From Clostridia bacterium (GTDB taxonomy: Bacteria; Bacillota; Clostridia; Peptostreptococcales; JAAYPU01), in the NCBI GenBank assembly GCA_016278615.1, contig JADQBM010000067.1, positions 7,143 to 71,142 of the forward strand: a stretch of 64,000 bases of DNA, in the 5' to 3' direction. The translations under genes were made by a program, and so were the position numbers. This document shows, in pieces, positions 8,240 through 17,895 of this stretch (position 1 is its first letter; each line of letters starts with the position of its first letter). The notes below the pieces were generated by a model. It did no database searches. It saw only the letters and a program-made list of their open reading frames with translations, and was not told where the DNA came from.

Positions 8240-9731
8240 TTAATTTCTTTCTTTTATGTCCAAGTAACATGCCTACACCAGCAAGTATTGCTGCGATACT
8301 TCCAAAAAACATTGCCATGCTATAATCTGTTTTCTGACCTGTTTGTGGTATTACTTCGACTTCTTCATAATTATTAGTAATAGTTGCCATTTCTATCTGA
8401 TCTGCTGCTACCTGTACTGTTCCTTCACCACTAACCGTCCATTCACTACTCAGACCAGTACGATTTTCTGTTACGTTATATTCCCCAGGCACTAGATCTT
8501 CCCATGTATAAGATTCGTCATGAGCAAAGGTTCTGGTTGCTGAGAAATCCTCTGGTCCGGTTACCGTGATCTCAAATGTCGGTAACGTCATATCACCAAT
8601 GTCGCCAGATACAATTTTTTCAACAGTTAATGAACCAACTGGAGTACTGTCAACTGGGGTACTGTCAACTGGAGTACTGTCATCTGAATCACTGTCATCT
8701 GAATCACTGTCATCTGAATCACTGTCATTTGAACCACTGTTATCTGAATCACTGTCATCTGAAGGACTGTATAAATTAGTGATGGTAGTTAAGTGTAGTT
8801 CATTTGCTACCACCTGTACGGCGCCTTCACCACTAACCGTCCATTCACTACTCAGACCTGTCCGATTTTCTGTTACGTTATATTCCCCAGGCACTAGATC
8901 TTCCCATGTATAATATTCGTTATGAGCAAAGGTTCTGGTTGCTGAGAAATCCTCTGGTCCGGTTACCGTAATCTCAAATGTCGGCAACGTCATATCGCCA
9001 ATGTCGCCAGTTACAATTTTTCTAACGGTTAATGAGCTGGATGTCCCTGTAGTTATAGTATTGTTGTCTAATGTAACTGCACCAACCATTGCTAACAACT
9101 GTCCTTTTATTTTCGCACCGGTAGTCGCTGTAATTGATTCCGATGAAAGGATATTCCCTACGAATTCAGAATTTGTCCCTAATGTAGCGGAGCTTCCAAC
9201 GGCCCAGAATATGTTGTTGTAATTAGCACCATTAATGAGCTCAACCTTACTACCTGACATAGTAGTCAGAGTAGACCCAGCTTGCAATATAAAGACAGCA
9301 TTGTTGTTGTTTTGACCATCAAGCGTAAGAGTGCCTGTGATTTGTAACTCCGTAGCTGAACTGTAAACACCAGGTGTTAAGGTTGTTCCACCAAGCTCAG
9401 CGCTGATGGCATTGCTCGTTCTAACAGTAGCATCGTTATATGCGGCTAACAGGTCATTCTTGGCCTGTAGTGCTACAGCATCAGCAATATGTACTTCCCC
9501 ACTCACGATCGCTGGTCCCTGCCCACTGAACACAGTCCCTGGGTGCAAGCCAACATCTCCGTCGATTATTGTGTTTCCCGTATTCGTAATTGTCGAACCT
9601 GCTAACACAGCAAAGCTATCCGCTGTTCCAAGATTCACAGTTGTTTCAATTGCCATACTCACAGGCGTAATCATCATAATTACCAGTAATATTAATAGTG
9701 TTAATGATATCGTTTTATTGAAATTCCTCAT
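8232..9731 (-). CDS. Sortase-anchored surface protein with an N-terminal ice-binding-like (DUF3494) beta-helix, two duplicated Ig-like domains and an SD-rich linker
   Basis: 499-aa ORF with a signal peptide. LGTADSFAVLAGSTITNTGNTIIDGDVGLHPGT is typical of DUF3494/ice-binding-like proteins. Two roughly 90-aa near-identical repeats are present. The linker is SDDSDSDNSGSNDSDSDDSDSDDSDSDDSTPVDSTPVDSTPV. The C-terminal sorting signal is IPQTG (8337-8351), then a hydrophobic helix, then HKRKK. Confidence 0.85.
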   Translation of the reverse strand: MRNFNKTISLTLLILLVIMMITPVSMAIETTVNLGTADSFAVLAGSTITNTGNTIIDGDVGLHPGTVFSGQGPAIVSGEVHIADAVALQAKNDLLAAYNDATVRTSNAISAELGGTTLTPGVYSSATELQITGTLTLDGQNNNNAVFILQAGSTLTTMSGSKVELINGANYNNIFWAVGSSATLGTNSEFVGNILSSESITATTGAKIKGQLLAMVGAVTLDNNTITTGTSSSLTVRKIVTGDIGDMTLPTFEITVTGPEDFSATRTFAHNEYYTWEDLVPGEYNVTENRTGLSSEWTVSGEGAVQVVANELHLTTITNLYSPSDDSDSDNSGSNDSDSDDSDSDDSDSDDSTPVDSTPVDSTPVGSLTVEKIVSGDIGDMTLPTFEITVTGPEDFSATRTFAHDESYTWEDLVPGEYNVTENRTGLSSEWTVSGEGTVQVAADQIEMATITNNYEEVEVIPQTGQKTDYSMAMFFGSIAAILAGVGMLLGHKRKKLNE

Positions 9732-10675
9732 AAATTTACCCTCTCCTCACAAATCTTTCTTCTATATTTTAGTATATGTAACTGGACTTCTAGAATGGCC
9801 CGGCTCTTTATGTGCTTAACGTCGTAATCAGTACTGCTTCTTATCAATATATTTTTCCTGATCTCTTTCTGCATATCAACCTTCTCATCCTACTAGACAT
9901 TACCATTTATTATGCTTTCAATGTTCATACGCTTATTGATACTGTCAATAGCTTAACAGTACCCCAAGCTAGTAATGCATAGACTATCATTGCAATGATA
10001 AGGGCTGGTTCTAAGACTTATTCTGTTTCTATACCCTGGTGTTACAGACGTTCTGAATATACCTTTGAAAGGAGTTAGAAATAGATTTGTAATAGAATAG
10101 ATGATAGAAATAAAGTAACTTGCAGTATTTGCTCCGAGCATCTTAACACGAGCCTGAAATTTATAGATCCTTTTATATGATTAGATTCATCTTATACTTA
10201 AATTTAAAATTTGTCAACAAATATTTCCAATTATTTATGTAACTATATTTTAAATAATTATAATAATAATTATAATACAAATTTTTTTCTATATCGGGCA
10301 TTAATTAGTATGCTTCGACGATTCGTTAACAGTATGCAAACTTAATAAACTGCACTCTAGTAAATAGACGCTCCAATGCTTCTCACTATATCTAAACTGT
10401 AGTATACTATATAATATTTTATTGAATGGCGCGATACTTTAATAACTTAATCGTATATATAATGACACTGGTGACACTGGTTAAAAAGATGGCTGAAGGT
10501 GAAGGTTTGGAGGATGACATATTTATTAAAGTCTATAAAGAGTATTTCTCTTAGGTTTATATTTCTACAGACAGCAAAGCTATTAAAATTTAAAGACAGT
10601 CCACTAATTCACTGTATGGAGGTTCAGAATATAGTTATATGGTAATGCTAAATATGGTAATCTAATTTTTCAAAT

Positions 10676-10712
10676 AAAAAGCTTCCATTGGTATGTTCTC
10701 TGGAAGCTTTTT
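10676..10712 (-). terminator. Bidirectional rho-independent terminator downstream of the isochorismatase-family gene
   Basis: aaaaagcttcca pairs with tggaagcttttt (12-bp stem, 13-nt loop), flanked by A and T runs. Confidence 0.7.
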
Positions 10713-10783
10713 AGCATGAGTCTTCGGAACCATCCCAATGACTCACCCACAACTGATATAAAAGTGTAAAAAAAAAATTCATT

Positions 10784-11380
10784 CTACTCAAACATTTGAT
10801 ATACTTCCTCTACATTTACTACTTCACTTCTTCCAAAACTAAGAAGCTCTAGACCTATTTTCTTCCTTTCAGCATTAAAAGATGCTGTAGTTTCAATTGG
10901 TACAATACAATTATAATTTAAGGAAAAAGCATAGCTACACGTTTCTAATACACAGACATCTGTAGCCGCTCCAACAATTATCAGATTCTTGATATTTTTA
11001 CTTTTCAGTATTTCATCTAATTTGGTATTGAAAAATGCATTCCATCTATTTTTTACAACTAGCTCTTCTCCTTCTCTTGGGGCTAAAGGAGGAATAATTG
11101 CTGCATCTGAAGTGCCTTTAACAAAATGTTTATATTTTTTTACTTCAAATCTCTCATCTAACATTTTCCAATCTCTAAAATCTTCCTCATACTCAGTTTT
11201 GATATTAACAACTAACATTCTATTTTCATTAAAATAATCCTTTAATTTAACCATTGGCGTTACTATATCTTCTTGCTTTGTTACATCAACATTTAACATC
11301 TTTACCAACGATCCATCAGGTGCTCCACCACCATATTGCATATCAATTACTAATAATGCTGTCTCTCCTTTTTTCAACAT
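10784..11380 (-). CDS. Isochorismatase-family cysteine hydrolase
   Basis: 198-aa ORF. ALLVIDMQ at the N-terminus. The catalytic Cys context GAATDVCVLETC is typical of isochorismatase/nicotinamidase-like hydrolases. Confidence 0.8.
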   Translation of the reverse strand: MLKKGETALLVIDMQYGGGAPDGSLVKMLNVDVTKQEDIVTPMVKLKDYFNENRMLVVNIKTEYEEDFRDWKMLDERFEVKKYKHFVKGTSDAAIIPPLAPREGEELVVKNRWNAFFNTKLDEILKSKNIKNLIIVGAATDVCVLETCSYAFSLNYNCIVPIETTASFNAERKKIGLELLSFGRSEVVNVEEVYQMFE

Positions 11381-11553
11381 ACCTAACCTCTCCTTTGTAT
11401 TGTTTAATTACAATAATATTATACTATTTATTCAAAGTGTTTTGTATATAAAGGTGACTTCAACTGTTTATAATCTCACTAAGATACTGATGACTACATT
11501 ATCTCTTTTGCGAATTAAAGTATAATTGTGGCATTAGATTGAATGTGTGGATG

Positions 11554-12120
11554 CTAGATACCTAATGTCTTCAGGAAAACTTCCATTATTTCCTCATATT
11601 CATCTAATGCAGTAGTATGAGGAATATCTTGTTCCTCGCCAAAGTAGTTTCTTAATCCACGTTCTTTCAAAAAGATATATTGAACGGGTGCAACAACTTG
11701 AATAGCAAGAAATTTGATCTCTTTTTCAGATAAATCTGGCTTTATTTTCTTTAATAGACCCACAATTGTTTCTGGTGTACTAAAACTATCACTGGTCATC
11801 TCATGTCTAATAAGAACACCCGTATACTTTTGGTACTTACATACCACCATAGCCATAGCCTTCAAAAATGTTCTCAACTGCTGCTTTGGAGAGTCATTAA
11901 GATTAGACAGTGCCTGAAAGGCTTCAGCAGCAGCATCATCGATTACAGATGAAACAGCTGCCACAATCAGGTTCCTTCTACTACCAAAATGATAATTAAT
12001 CAATCCAATAGAAACATGCGCTTCATATGCGATCTGTCTAATAGTTAACGTTTCAATGTCAAACTCGTCATCGAGCAGGGCTATGACCGATTTAATCAGT
12101 AATGCTTTTATTTCTGACAT
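11554..12120 (-). CDS. TetR/AcrR-family transcriptional regulator
   Basis: 188-aa ORF. The N-terminal HTH (TIRQIAYEAHVSIGLINYHFGSRRNL) is characteristic of TetR_N. It overlaps the upstream hydrolase gene by 13 nt. Confidence 0.8.
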   Translation of the reverse strand: MSEIKALLIKSVIALLDDEFDIETLTIRQIAYEAHVSIGLINYHFGSRRNLIVAAVSSVIDDAAAEAFQALSNLNDSPKQQLRTFLKAMAMVVCKYQKYTGVLIRHEMTSDSFSTPETIVGLLKKIKPDLSEKEIKFLAIQVVAPVQYIFLKERGLRNYFGEEQDIPHTTALDEYEEIMEVFLKTLGI

Positions 12121-13109
12121 ATAACCTCCTTAGAATACGTTGATAAAAAACTCTCTATAGCTTGGGAAATTTCATCATGATGACTAAAAAACATATGTCC
12201 ACCTTCCTTAAACGAGAGCAAAGTAGAATTTGGAATTTTTCCGTGGGTGTATTCAGCATAATAAAAGGGCTGTAGTGTATCATCTTCAGCATGAACCACC
12301 AATGTTGGAGCTTTTATCTCCCAAATTGGATAATCTTCAGGTGACAATTCTATAAATTGGACATTTGCATTGAAAATCCCTTTTTTTCGCAAGGAAATAG
12401 GATTCATAATTCCAAAAAACTCTCTGGCCATATCTATTTCATCTGCAGTCATTTTTTCCTGAACTTCTTTAGATACCCCCAATACATTCAAAAGATCCGA
12501 TTGGATATACTCTGTAATCATCCAGAATAGAAAATCATTATCAAATATTGTTCCAAAGACTACTGACTGAGCTGTTGTTAACTTTGGTGGGGTTTTACTT
12601 TTTGCACACATCATCGTAAGTGATTTCACGCGTTCAGGATACTTTATGCTGAATTTCAAGCCAGATGGGCCACCATCAGAGACCGCTACCACATGAACTT
12701 CGTTTATTCCCAATTTATCCAGTAAGCTCCTGTACAGAGCTGCCTGATGATCCGGGGTAGGATCTTCTGGCAATGGCGTATTTAGATACCCGAACCTGGA
12801 CACTGCTATTACCATGCAATCTTCTGGCAGGAAACTGTCTGCAAGCAGTAAACCTTGGTCATATCCACCTCCAGCACCATGTATCATTAGAACAGGATCT
12901 CCTTTACCAGAGATTGAATATTCAATAATTCCCTGATCCGTTTCAACTACGACACTTTTTGCGTTGACTTTCTCAATCTGATCCAATTCAAATTCTGAAA
13001 ATTGTTTGTACTGAATCCCCAGAAAAACAACAGCTATAATTATTAATACAAAAACTATGACCAATGCTATTTTTTTTATTTGCTTCTTTTTTATTGTGTT
13101 CATTTTCAT
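12108..13109 (-). CDS. Alpha/beta-fold hydrolase with an N-terminal membrane anchor
   Basis: The ORF track extends to 13169, but AGGAGA precedes the internal MKMNTIKKK, so the start is about 13103-13109. HGAGGG oxyanion-type motif, a nucleophile-elbow-like VAVSDGG, and GGHMF near the C-terminus. Confidence 0.75.
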   Translation of the reverse strand: MKMNTIKKKQIKKIALVIVFVLIIIAVVFLGIQYKQFSEFELDQIEKVNAKSVVVETDQGIIEYSISGKGDPVLMIHGAGGGYDQGLLLADSFLPEDCMVIAVSRFGYLNTPLPEDPTPDHQAALYRSLLDKLGINEVHVVAVSDGGPSGLKFSIKYPERVKSLTMMCAKSKTPPKLTTAQSVVFGTIFDNDFLFWMITEYIQSDLLNVLGVSKEVQEKMTADEIDMAREFFGIMNPISLRKKGIFNANVQFIELSPEDYPIWEIKAPTLVVHAEDDTLQPFYYAEYTHGKIPNSTLLSFKEGGHMFFSHHDEISQAIESFLSTYSKEVICQK

Positions 13110-13267
13110 TCTCCTTTCTTGAACATGTTCAATCGCTATAAGTATAACTTGGAGAATGAGTAAATTCAATCCATGTTAGTTCAAATCGAATCCATTGAAA
13201 ATACTACAATATAGATAATTGTTCAAAACAATATTCCCTTGTATGAATTGATATCACTTAGGTCGCA

Positions 13268-13324
13268 CAAAAAACCGCAATCTACTTAGGATACGGTTCA
13301 CTGTATCAATGTAACTGCGGTTTT
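13268..13324 (-). terminator. Rho-independent terminator downstream of merR, copy 2 of the repeated terminator module
   Basis: On the minus strand: aaaaccgcagttac-att-gatacagtgaaccgtatc-ctaagtagattgcgg-TTTTTT. The outer stem pairs AAAACCGCA with TGCGGTTTT. About 40 nt is shared with 7362-7413. Confidence 0.65.
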
Positions 13325-13375
13325 CATGAGTGAGTAATACTAAATGTGTAAATTTTCATATTTTCTCACAAATAA

Positions 13376-13906
13376 TTAGTCTGAATTTTCCCTAATCAAT
13401 GAGAGTAAATTATGAATTTCTTCATCTTTCATATTTAAACTTCTAAGAAACTTGTAATGCTCCTTCGGACTGTCCAACTCAAATTCACGATGCCAATTCA
13501 ACCAAGCTTTTTCTTCATATCCTAGCTTTATAAGCATTTCCGTCCAAGTGTTACTGGTAGAGAAGGCACTTTTACCCATAATCACTTCTTCTTTTAAAAC
13601 ATCCAGTACGAGTTTCTCTTGATTTTTTAGATTCTTAATTTCCATTTGTATCTTATTAAGACGCTCCACCAGTATGCCTGTTTTCCCATTGTTTTCAGCA
13701 TCTAAAAGCTTCTGTATATCTCGCAATGAGATTCCTGACTCTCTGTACATTAATATTTTTTCTAATTTCTCCACTTCTTGTTGTCCATAAAACCGGTAAT
13801 TATTATATTTCCTCTCCGTTGGCTTCAATAAGCCCAATTTATCGTAATATAGTATTGCACTTCTTGATAAACTAAACTTTCTTGCTAAATCTCCAATTTT
13901 ATACAT
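13376..13906 (-). CDS. MerR-family transcriptional regulator
   Basis: 176-aa ORF. The N-terminal MYKIGDLARKFSLSRSAILYYDKLGLLKP is a canonical MerR HTH, followed by a coiled-coil. Confidence 0.85.
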   Translation of the reverse strand: MYKIGDLARKFSLSRSAILYYDKLGLLKPTERKYNNYRFYGQQEVEKLEKILMYRESGISLRDIQKLLDAENNGKTGILVERLNKIQMEIKNLKNQEKLVLDVLKEEVIMGKSAFSTSNTWTEMLIKLGYEEKAWLNWHREFELDSPKEHYKFLRSLNMKDEEIHNLLSLIRENSD

Positions 13907-13926
13907 TTGTAATCCTTCTTTAATAT

Positions 13927-14400
13927 TTATTCTTCCAATAACATTTTAGCATGTTTTAAATAATAATTTAGTGAATCCTCCCATTTTTTCATATGTTTAT
14001 TAAAAGCTTCTTCTGTATTTTCTTTATAAATAGTCACTGAGGCTTCATCACTTAACGATATGAAAGTATATTCAATATTACAGTAAGTTAACTTTTTACT
14101 TTTCTCCTCCAAGTAGATATCTATTATAACAATTATATAGTTTTCTTTCATCTTGATAAATTGTATTTGATTATTATCCTTATCATGCTTTGTTATAATC
14201 CATCGATAGCAACCATAGTTGTTGTTTGTCTCAAATATGCATCCCTTCTCTGCATATCCACTTTCTGAATAAATCATCTTATACTCCCAGTCCTGCAACC
14301 ATTCTTTCTCACGAACAGGACATAAGAATGGAAATATTTCCTCTTTAGTTCCTTCTAAAGTTTGTTGATACTTTCGAATTATTTTTTTCTTATTATCCAT
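13927..14400 (-). CDS. Hypothetical protein, possibly SRPBCC/START-like ligand-binding fold
   Basis: 157-aa ORF directly upstream of merR and likely in the same operon. The pattern FPFLCPVREKEWLQDW...IYSESGYAEKGCIF resembles SRPBCC proteins that are often paired with MerR regulators. The assignment is weak. Confidence 0.35.
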   Translation of the reverse strand: MDNKKKIIRKYQQTLEGTKEEIFPFLCPVREKEWLQDWEYKMIYSESGYAEKGCIFETNNNYGCYRWIITKHDKDNNQIQFIKMKENYIIVIIDIYLEEKSKKLTYCNIEYTFISLSDEASVTIYKENTEEAFNKHMKKWEDSLNYYLKHAKMLLEE

Positions 14401-14468
14401 TATAACATCACTCCTTTATCTTTATGATAAAGTATGAAGTTATAGTCAGGTCAACTAAAAAGCCGTCG

Positions 14469-14948
14469 TCATTTATGGTACGGTTCATTCTTAATAATCC
14501 TAAAACTTCTATAGATTTGCTCCACTAAGATAAGCCTCATAAGTTGGTGGGGAAAGGTCATGGAAGAGAAAGAGAGCTCAAAATCTGCCCGTTTGATTAC
14601 TTCCTCGGACAGACCTAATGAGCCCCCAATAATAAATGCGATGTTGCTCTTCCCCTGAATTCCTAAAGCGTTAATTTTTTTTGCCAGGCCTTCAGAGGTG
14701 AGTTGTTGCCCTTTGATTACTAAAGCAACCACATACATGTCTTCTTTTAAGTTTTTCAGAATATTTATGCCTTCATTGGTTTTTACAATTTCCATTTCTG
14801 CCTCTGATAAAGATTCAGGGGCTTTTTCTTCTTTGGTTTCAATAATCGACAGATTGCAATAATTGTTTAACCGTTTAAGGTATTCTTTAACACCTTCCGA
14901 CAAAAATCCCTTTTTCATTTTTCCGACACATATAACGGTTATATTCAT
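14469..14948 (-). CDS. rlmH: 23S rRNA (pseudouridine1915-N3)-methyltransferase RlmH
   Basis: 159-aa SPOUT-family ORF. The start MNITVICVGKMKK and the C-terminal FPHQLMRLILVEQIYRSF are typical of RlmH. The position after htrA matches Bacillus synteny. Confidence 0.9.
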   Translation of the reverse strand: MNITVICVGKMKKGFLSEGVKEYLKRLNNYCNLSIIETKEEKAPESLSEAEMEIVKTNEGINILKNLKEDMYVVALVIKGQQLTSEGLAKKINALGIQGKSNIAFIIGGSLGLSEEVIKRADFELSFSSMTFPHQLMRLILVEQIYRSFRIIKNEPYHK

Positions 14949-14962
14949 ATTTTACACACCTT

Positions 14963-16168
14963 TTAAGTATCTGTAGAGGCTCCAAGCATAATACTTAATT
15001 CCATTTTTTCCTTATTTCTAACAATTTCTATTTGAACCGTATCTCCCGGTCGGTATTGATAAAGCTTACTCACTAATTGTGACATATTGGTGATTTCTTT
15101 TTCATCTGCTTTAATAATAACGTCGCCTTCCTTAAGGCCCGCTTTAGCAGCAGGAGAGTCTGCGAGTATCTCATAAACATAAGCCCCTTGATCGACTCCA
15201 AGGTCTTCATCAAAGCTATGTAAGTATTGTTCAACATCAACACCTCTTATACCGATTACTGCTTTTCTAAACTCACCTTTTTCTTTAAATTCATTAACAA
15301 TGGGTTGTGCGATGTTTATGGGGATAGAAAACCCTAATCCTTCCCCTGTTTGTATTTTTGCAGTATTGATTCCTATGACCTGCCCATATCGATTTAAAAG
15401 GGGTCCACCACTATTTCCAGGGTTAATGGACGCATCTGTTTGGATAAGTCCTTCTATACTCTCATAATTGCTAATAGGGATGGTTCTATTCAACCCACTA
15501 ATGATCCCTGAGGTAACAGTTCTTTCGAATTGGAATCCCAAAGGATTTCCAATAGCAACAGCATATTCACCTACTCTAAGTTTATCTGAGTCTCCCAGCT
15601 CTGCGGGAATTAAATCCTGAGCTTCGACTTTTACAATTGCCAAGTCAATTACAGGATCATTCCACAAGAGTGTTCCTTCCAGTTCACGACCATCTTGTAA
15701 TAAAACACTAAATGAACTCATATCTCCATTATTTATGACATGTGAATTTGTAAGAATATATCCATTCTTATCTACAATTACTCCTGTTCCCACACCTTCT
15801 CCTTTTCTCTTCCCGAAGAAGTCAGAGTATACGATTTCTGTGGATATCCCCACCACAGATGGCATGACCTTTTCTGCTACTGCTGCTGCTGCGTCTAATG
15901 AAATATCATTTGTCTGAATCTGTATGTTGTTATGTGCTTGATTATTTGCGTTTTGTGGAAACAAAAGAGGCATAGCAAAATAAGACAATGCGCCACCAAA
16001 TAGTCCAAAGACAAGTGATATAATCATAAATGCAATGACAGAAACATGAGTTTTTTTATTTTTCTTGTTTTTTTGTGGTTTAATTTCTTCATGGTTTAGA
16101 GAATTATCATTTCCTTGTTCAAGTAGATGCTTAATAGCATCTTGATCATTTTTGTCATAATGATCCAT
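14963..16168 (-). CDS. htrA: HtrA/DegP-family serine protease with a PDZ domain
   Basis: 401-aa ORF with an N-terminal TM. Trypsin-like catalytic motifs (TNSHV, DLAIVK, GNSGGPL) and a C-terminal PDZ (GLKEGDVIIKADEKEI). Confidence 0.9.
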   Translation of the reverse strand: MDHYDKNDQDAIKHLLEQGNDNSLNHEEIKPQKNKKNKKTHVSVIAFMIISLVFGLFGGALSYFAMPLLFPQNANNQAHNNIQIQTNDISLDAAAAVAEKVMPSVVGISTEIVYSDFFGKRKGEGVGTGVIVDKNGYILTNSHVINNGDMSSFSVLLQDGRELEGTLLWNDPVIDLAIVKVEAQDLIPAELGDSDKLRVGEYAVAIGNPLGFQFERTVTSGIISGLNRTIPISNYESIEGLIQTDASINPGNSGGPLLNRYGQVIGINTAKIQTGEGLGFSIPINIAQPIVNEFKEKGEFRKAVIGIRGVDVEQYLHSFDEDLGVDQGAYVYEILADSPAAKAGLKEGDVIIKADEKEITNMSQLVSKLYQYRPGDTVQIEIVRNKEKMELSIMLGASTDT

Positions 16169-16988
16169 CGTAACACCTCTCTTTTCTTATTATGTTATAT
16201 ATTTCACTGTTTTTCTCTCGGAAAGCTGTATGTATATATATATCTTTTCCAATATAATACTTTTCTTCCTCGAGAATATTCTTTATAGTCTGATAGGCCA
16301 TTTCTGGAAAATTGTTTTCATGGCTTAAATGTGCAAGTAAAACCTGTCTTTCTTTATTATTTCTTTGCAAGATACTTATAAGTGTTTTCCCTGCATCTAT
16401 ATTAGATAAATGACCTTGACTGCTTAAGATACGTTGCTTAAGATACCAAGGGTATCTTCCCATTTTAAGCATGTCGATATCATGATTGGCTTCTAAAACA
16501 AGAAAATCTGCACTGATGATCTCATTAAGAATTTCTTCTGTCATATTCCCAATATCTGTTGCAATACTCGCCTGAAGATCATCTTTATAAAAGGAGAAAC
16601 CAACTGGATCTATGGCATCATGAGGAATAGAAAAGGATTTTATCAAAAGATCATTTATATAAAACGATTCCCCTGTTATAAAATATTTCTTATTGTGATC
16701 TTGGATTTTTCCAATTCCTTGTGCCATGTTTTCCCATGTCTTAGCATTCGCATATATGGGAATGTCATGCTTCCTGGAAATTATTCCTGCACCCTTTACA
16801 TGATCAATGTGTTCATGGGTAATAAGAATCGCTGTTATGTCTTGAGGCTCTACCCCTATGGTGTTTAGCCCTTGTATAATCTTTTTACCAGAGAGCCCCG
16901 CATCTAGTAGTATTTTCGCGTTAGCTGATGCAATTAAATAACAATTCCCACTGCTCCCACTTGCAATTGAACAAAAGAGTAATTCCAT
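16155..16988 (-). CDS. walJ: MBL-fold metallo-hydrolase WalJ/YycJ
   Basis: The ORF track extends to 17102, but GGAGG lies 6 nt before the internal MELLFCSIASGSSGNCYL, so the start is at 16988. THEHIDH metal-binding motif. Synteny with yycH, yycI and htrA. Confidence 0.85.
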   Translation of the reverse strand: MELLFCSIASGSSGNCYLIASANAKILLDAGLSGKKIIQGLNTIGVEPQDITAILITHEHIDHVKGAGIISRKHDIPIYANAKTWENMAQGIGKIQDHNKKYFITGESFYINDLLIKSFSIPHDAIDPVGFSFYKDDLQASIATDIGNMTEEILNEIISADFLVLEANHDIDMLKMGRYPWYLKQRILSSQGHLSNIDAGKTLISILQRNNKERQVLLAHLSHENNFPEMAYQTIKNILEEEKYYIGKDIYIHTAFREKNSEIYNIIRKERCYDGSL

Positions 16989-17144
16989 GCTTGCCTCCAT
17001 ATCTTTAGATATTATTATATTATAAAAACATTTATTTAACAATTTTGCGACAAATATTTGTAAATTATAAAATGCATTATTAGGTAATAATGCATTTTTC
17101 AACGCGTTTTCTTTTTACTTATGCCAATACTTTACCATAAAAGA

Positions 17145-17885
17145 TTAATTCTCATATGCGCTAATATATTTCTTTTCGCCATTGTTAAATGTAATCATCC
17201 AAGCAGGCAAAGCCGTATCCGAAGTGGTGTTCTCCATACTAAATAACGAATTATCTTCAACCCAGTATACCAACTCCAGGCTTGTAATGCTAATTTCTTC
17301 ATTTATATTCTCTTTCAAGCTTGCAAATTTTAATAATGCTGTAGTTGCAGGTATCGTCACTTTCTTGTTTTCTCCATAATCTATAGGATTGAACCACAAA
17401 CGATCAATGAATATAATCCTGCCCTCTCTAATGGTAAAATTTATATAGCATTCTTCCAAGAGAATATCATGATAATAATTTTTATAAATGACAGAGTACC
17501 CATTTGCTTCTTCTTGGATATTTTCCATTTGAATATTTTCATTCATTAGATTATTACTTTCTAAAAAATCCCTTGTTAGTTGAATCGCTTGCTCTTTGTT
17601 GAGTTTTTTCTTATATAATGTGTCTTCTTGGTCTGCTCTTTCATTAATCCCTTCAACTGGGAAATTATTATATTCTATTTGAAGAACAGGCATTTTTTTT
17701 AATTTTTCAGGTATATTTGAATAAACAAAAATATTTCTGCTCTCAAGAAAGCTTAGGGTTTCATCTATTACATCAGAATCAATCCTACGATTTTCTCCAT
17801 GTTGTATTATAACACTTACTCCAAGAATAACATTCGTTATAATAAGTGCTGCTATTAGAATTGTTTTTGCTTTGGTCCAATCCAT
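17145..17885 (-). CDS. yycI: YycI-like two-component-system regulatory protein
   Basis: 246-aa ORF. The N-terminal MDWTKAKTILIAALIITNVILG closely mirrors the conserved YycI start (MDW..xKT...). One TM plus an extracellular domain. It sits between yycH and walJ. Confidence 0.7.
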   Translation of the reverse strand: MDWTKAKTILIAALIITNVILGVSVIIQHGENRRIDSDVIDETLSFLESRNIFVYSNIPEKLKKMPVLQIEYNNFPVEGINERADQEDTLYKKKLNKEQAIQLTRDFLESNNLMNENIQMENIQEEANGYSVIYKNYYHDILLEECYINFTIREGRIIFIDRLWFNPIDYGENKKVTIPATTALLKFASLKENINEEISITSLELVYWVEDNSLFSMENTTSDTALPAWMITFNNGEKKYISAYEN

Positions 17886-17895
17886 AAAAAATCTC

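Noticed and set aside
8640-8770. Regularly spaced 15-bp direct repeats that could be mistaken for a CRISPR-like or satellite array
   Set aside because: The repeats are contiguous with no spacers, and they lie in frame within the adhesin gene, encoding the DSDSD and DSTPV linkers.
8566-8913. Plus-strand ORFs 8566-8913, 8576-8779, 9001-9222 and 9406-9819, antisense to the adhesin gene
   Set aside because: These are shadow ORFs generated by the repetitive, GC-richer adhesin sequence. Their products are repeat artefacts, for example the LSSESLSSES and HCHLNHCHLN runs.
9953-10141. 62-aa minus-strand ORF in the 1-kb gap
   Set aside because: There is no RBS and no recognisable domain. A faint resemblance of LTPFKGIF to YggT-type motifs is too weak to use. 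It may at most be a relic.
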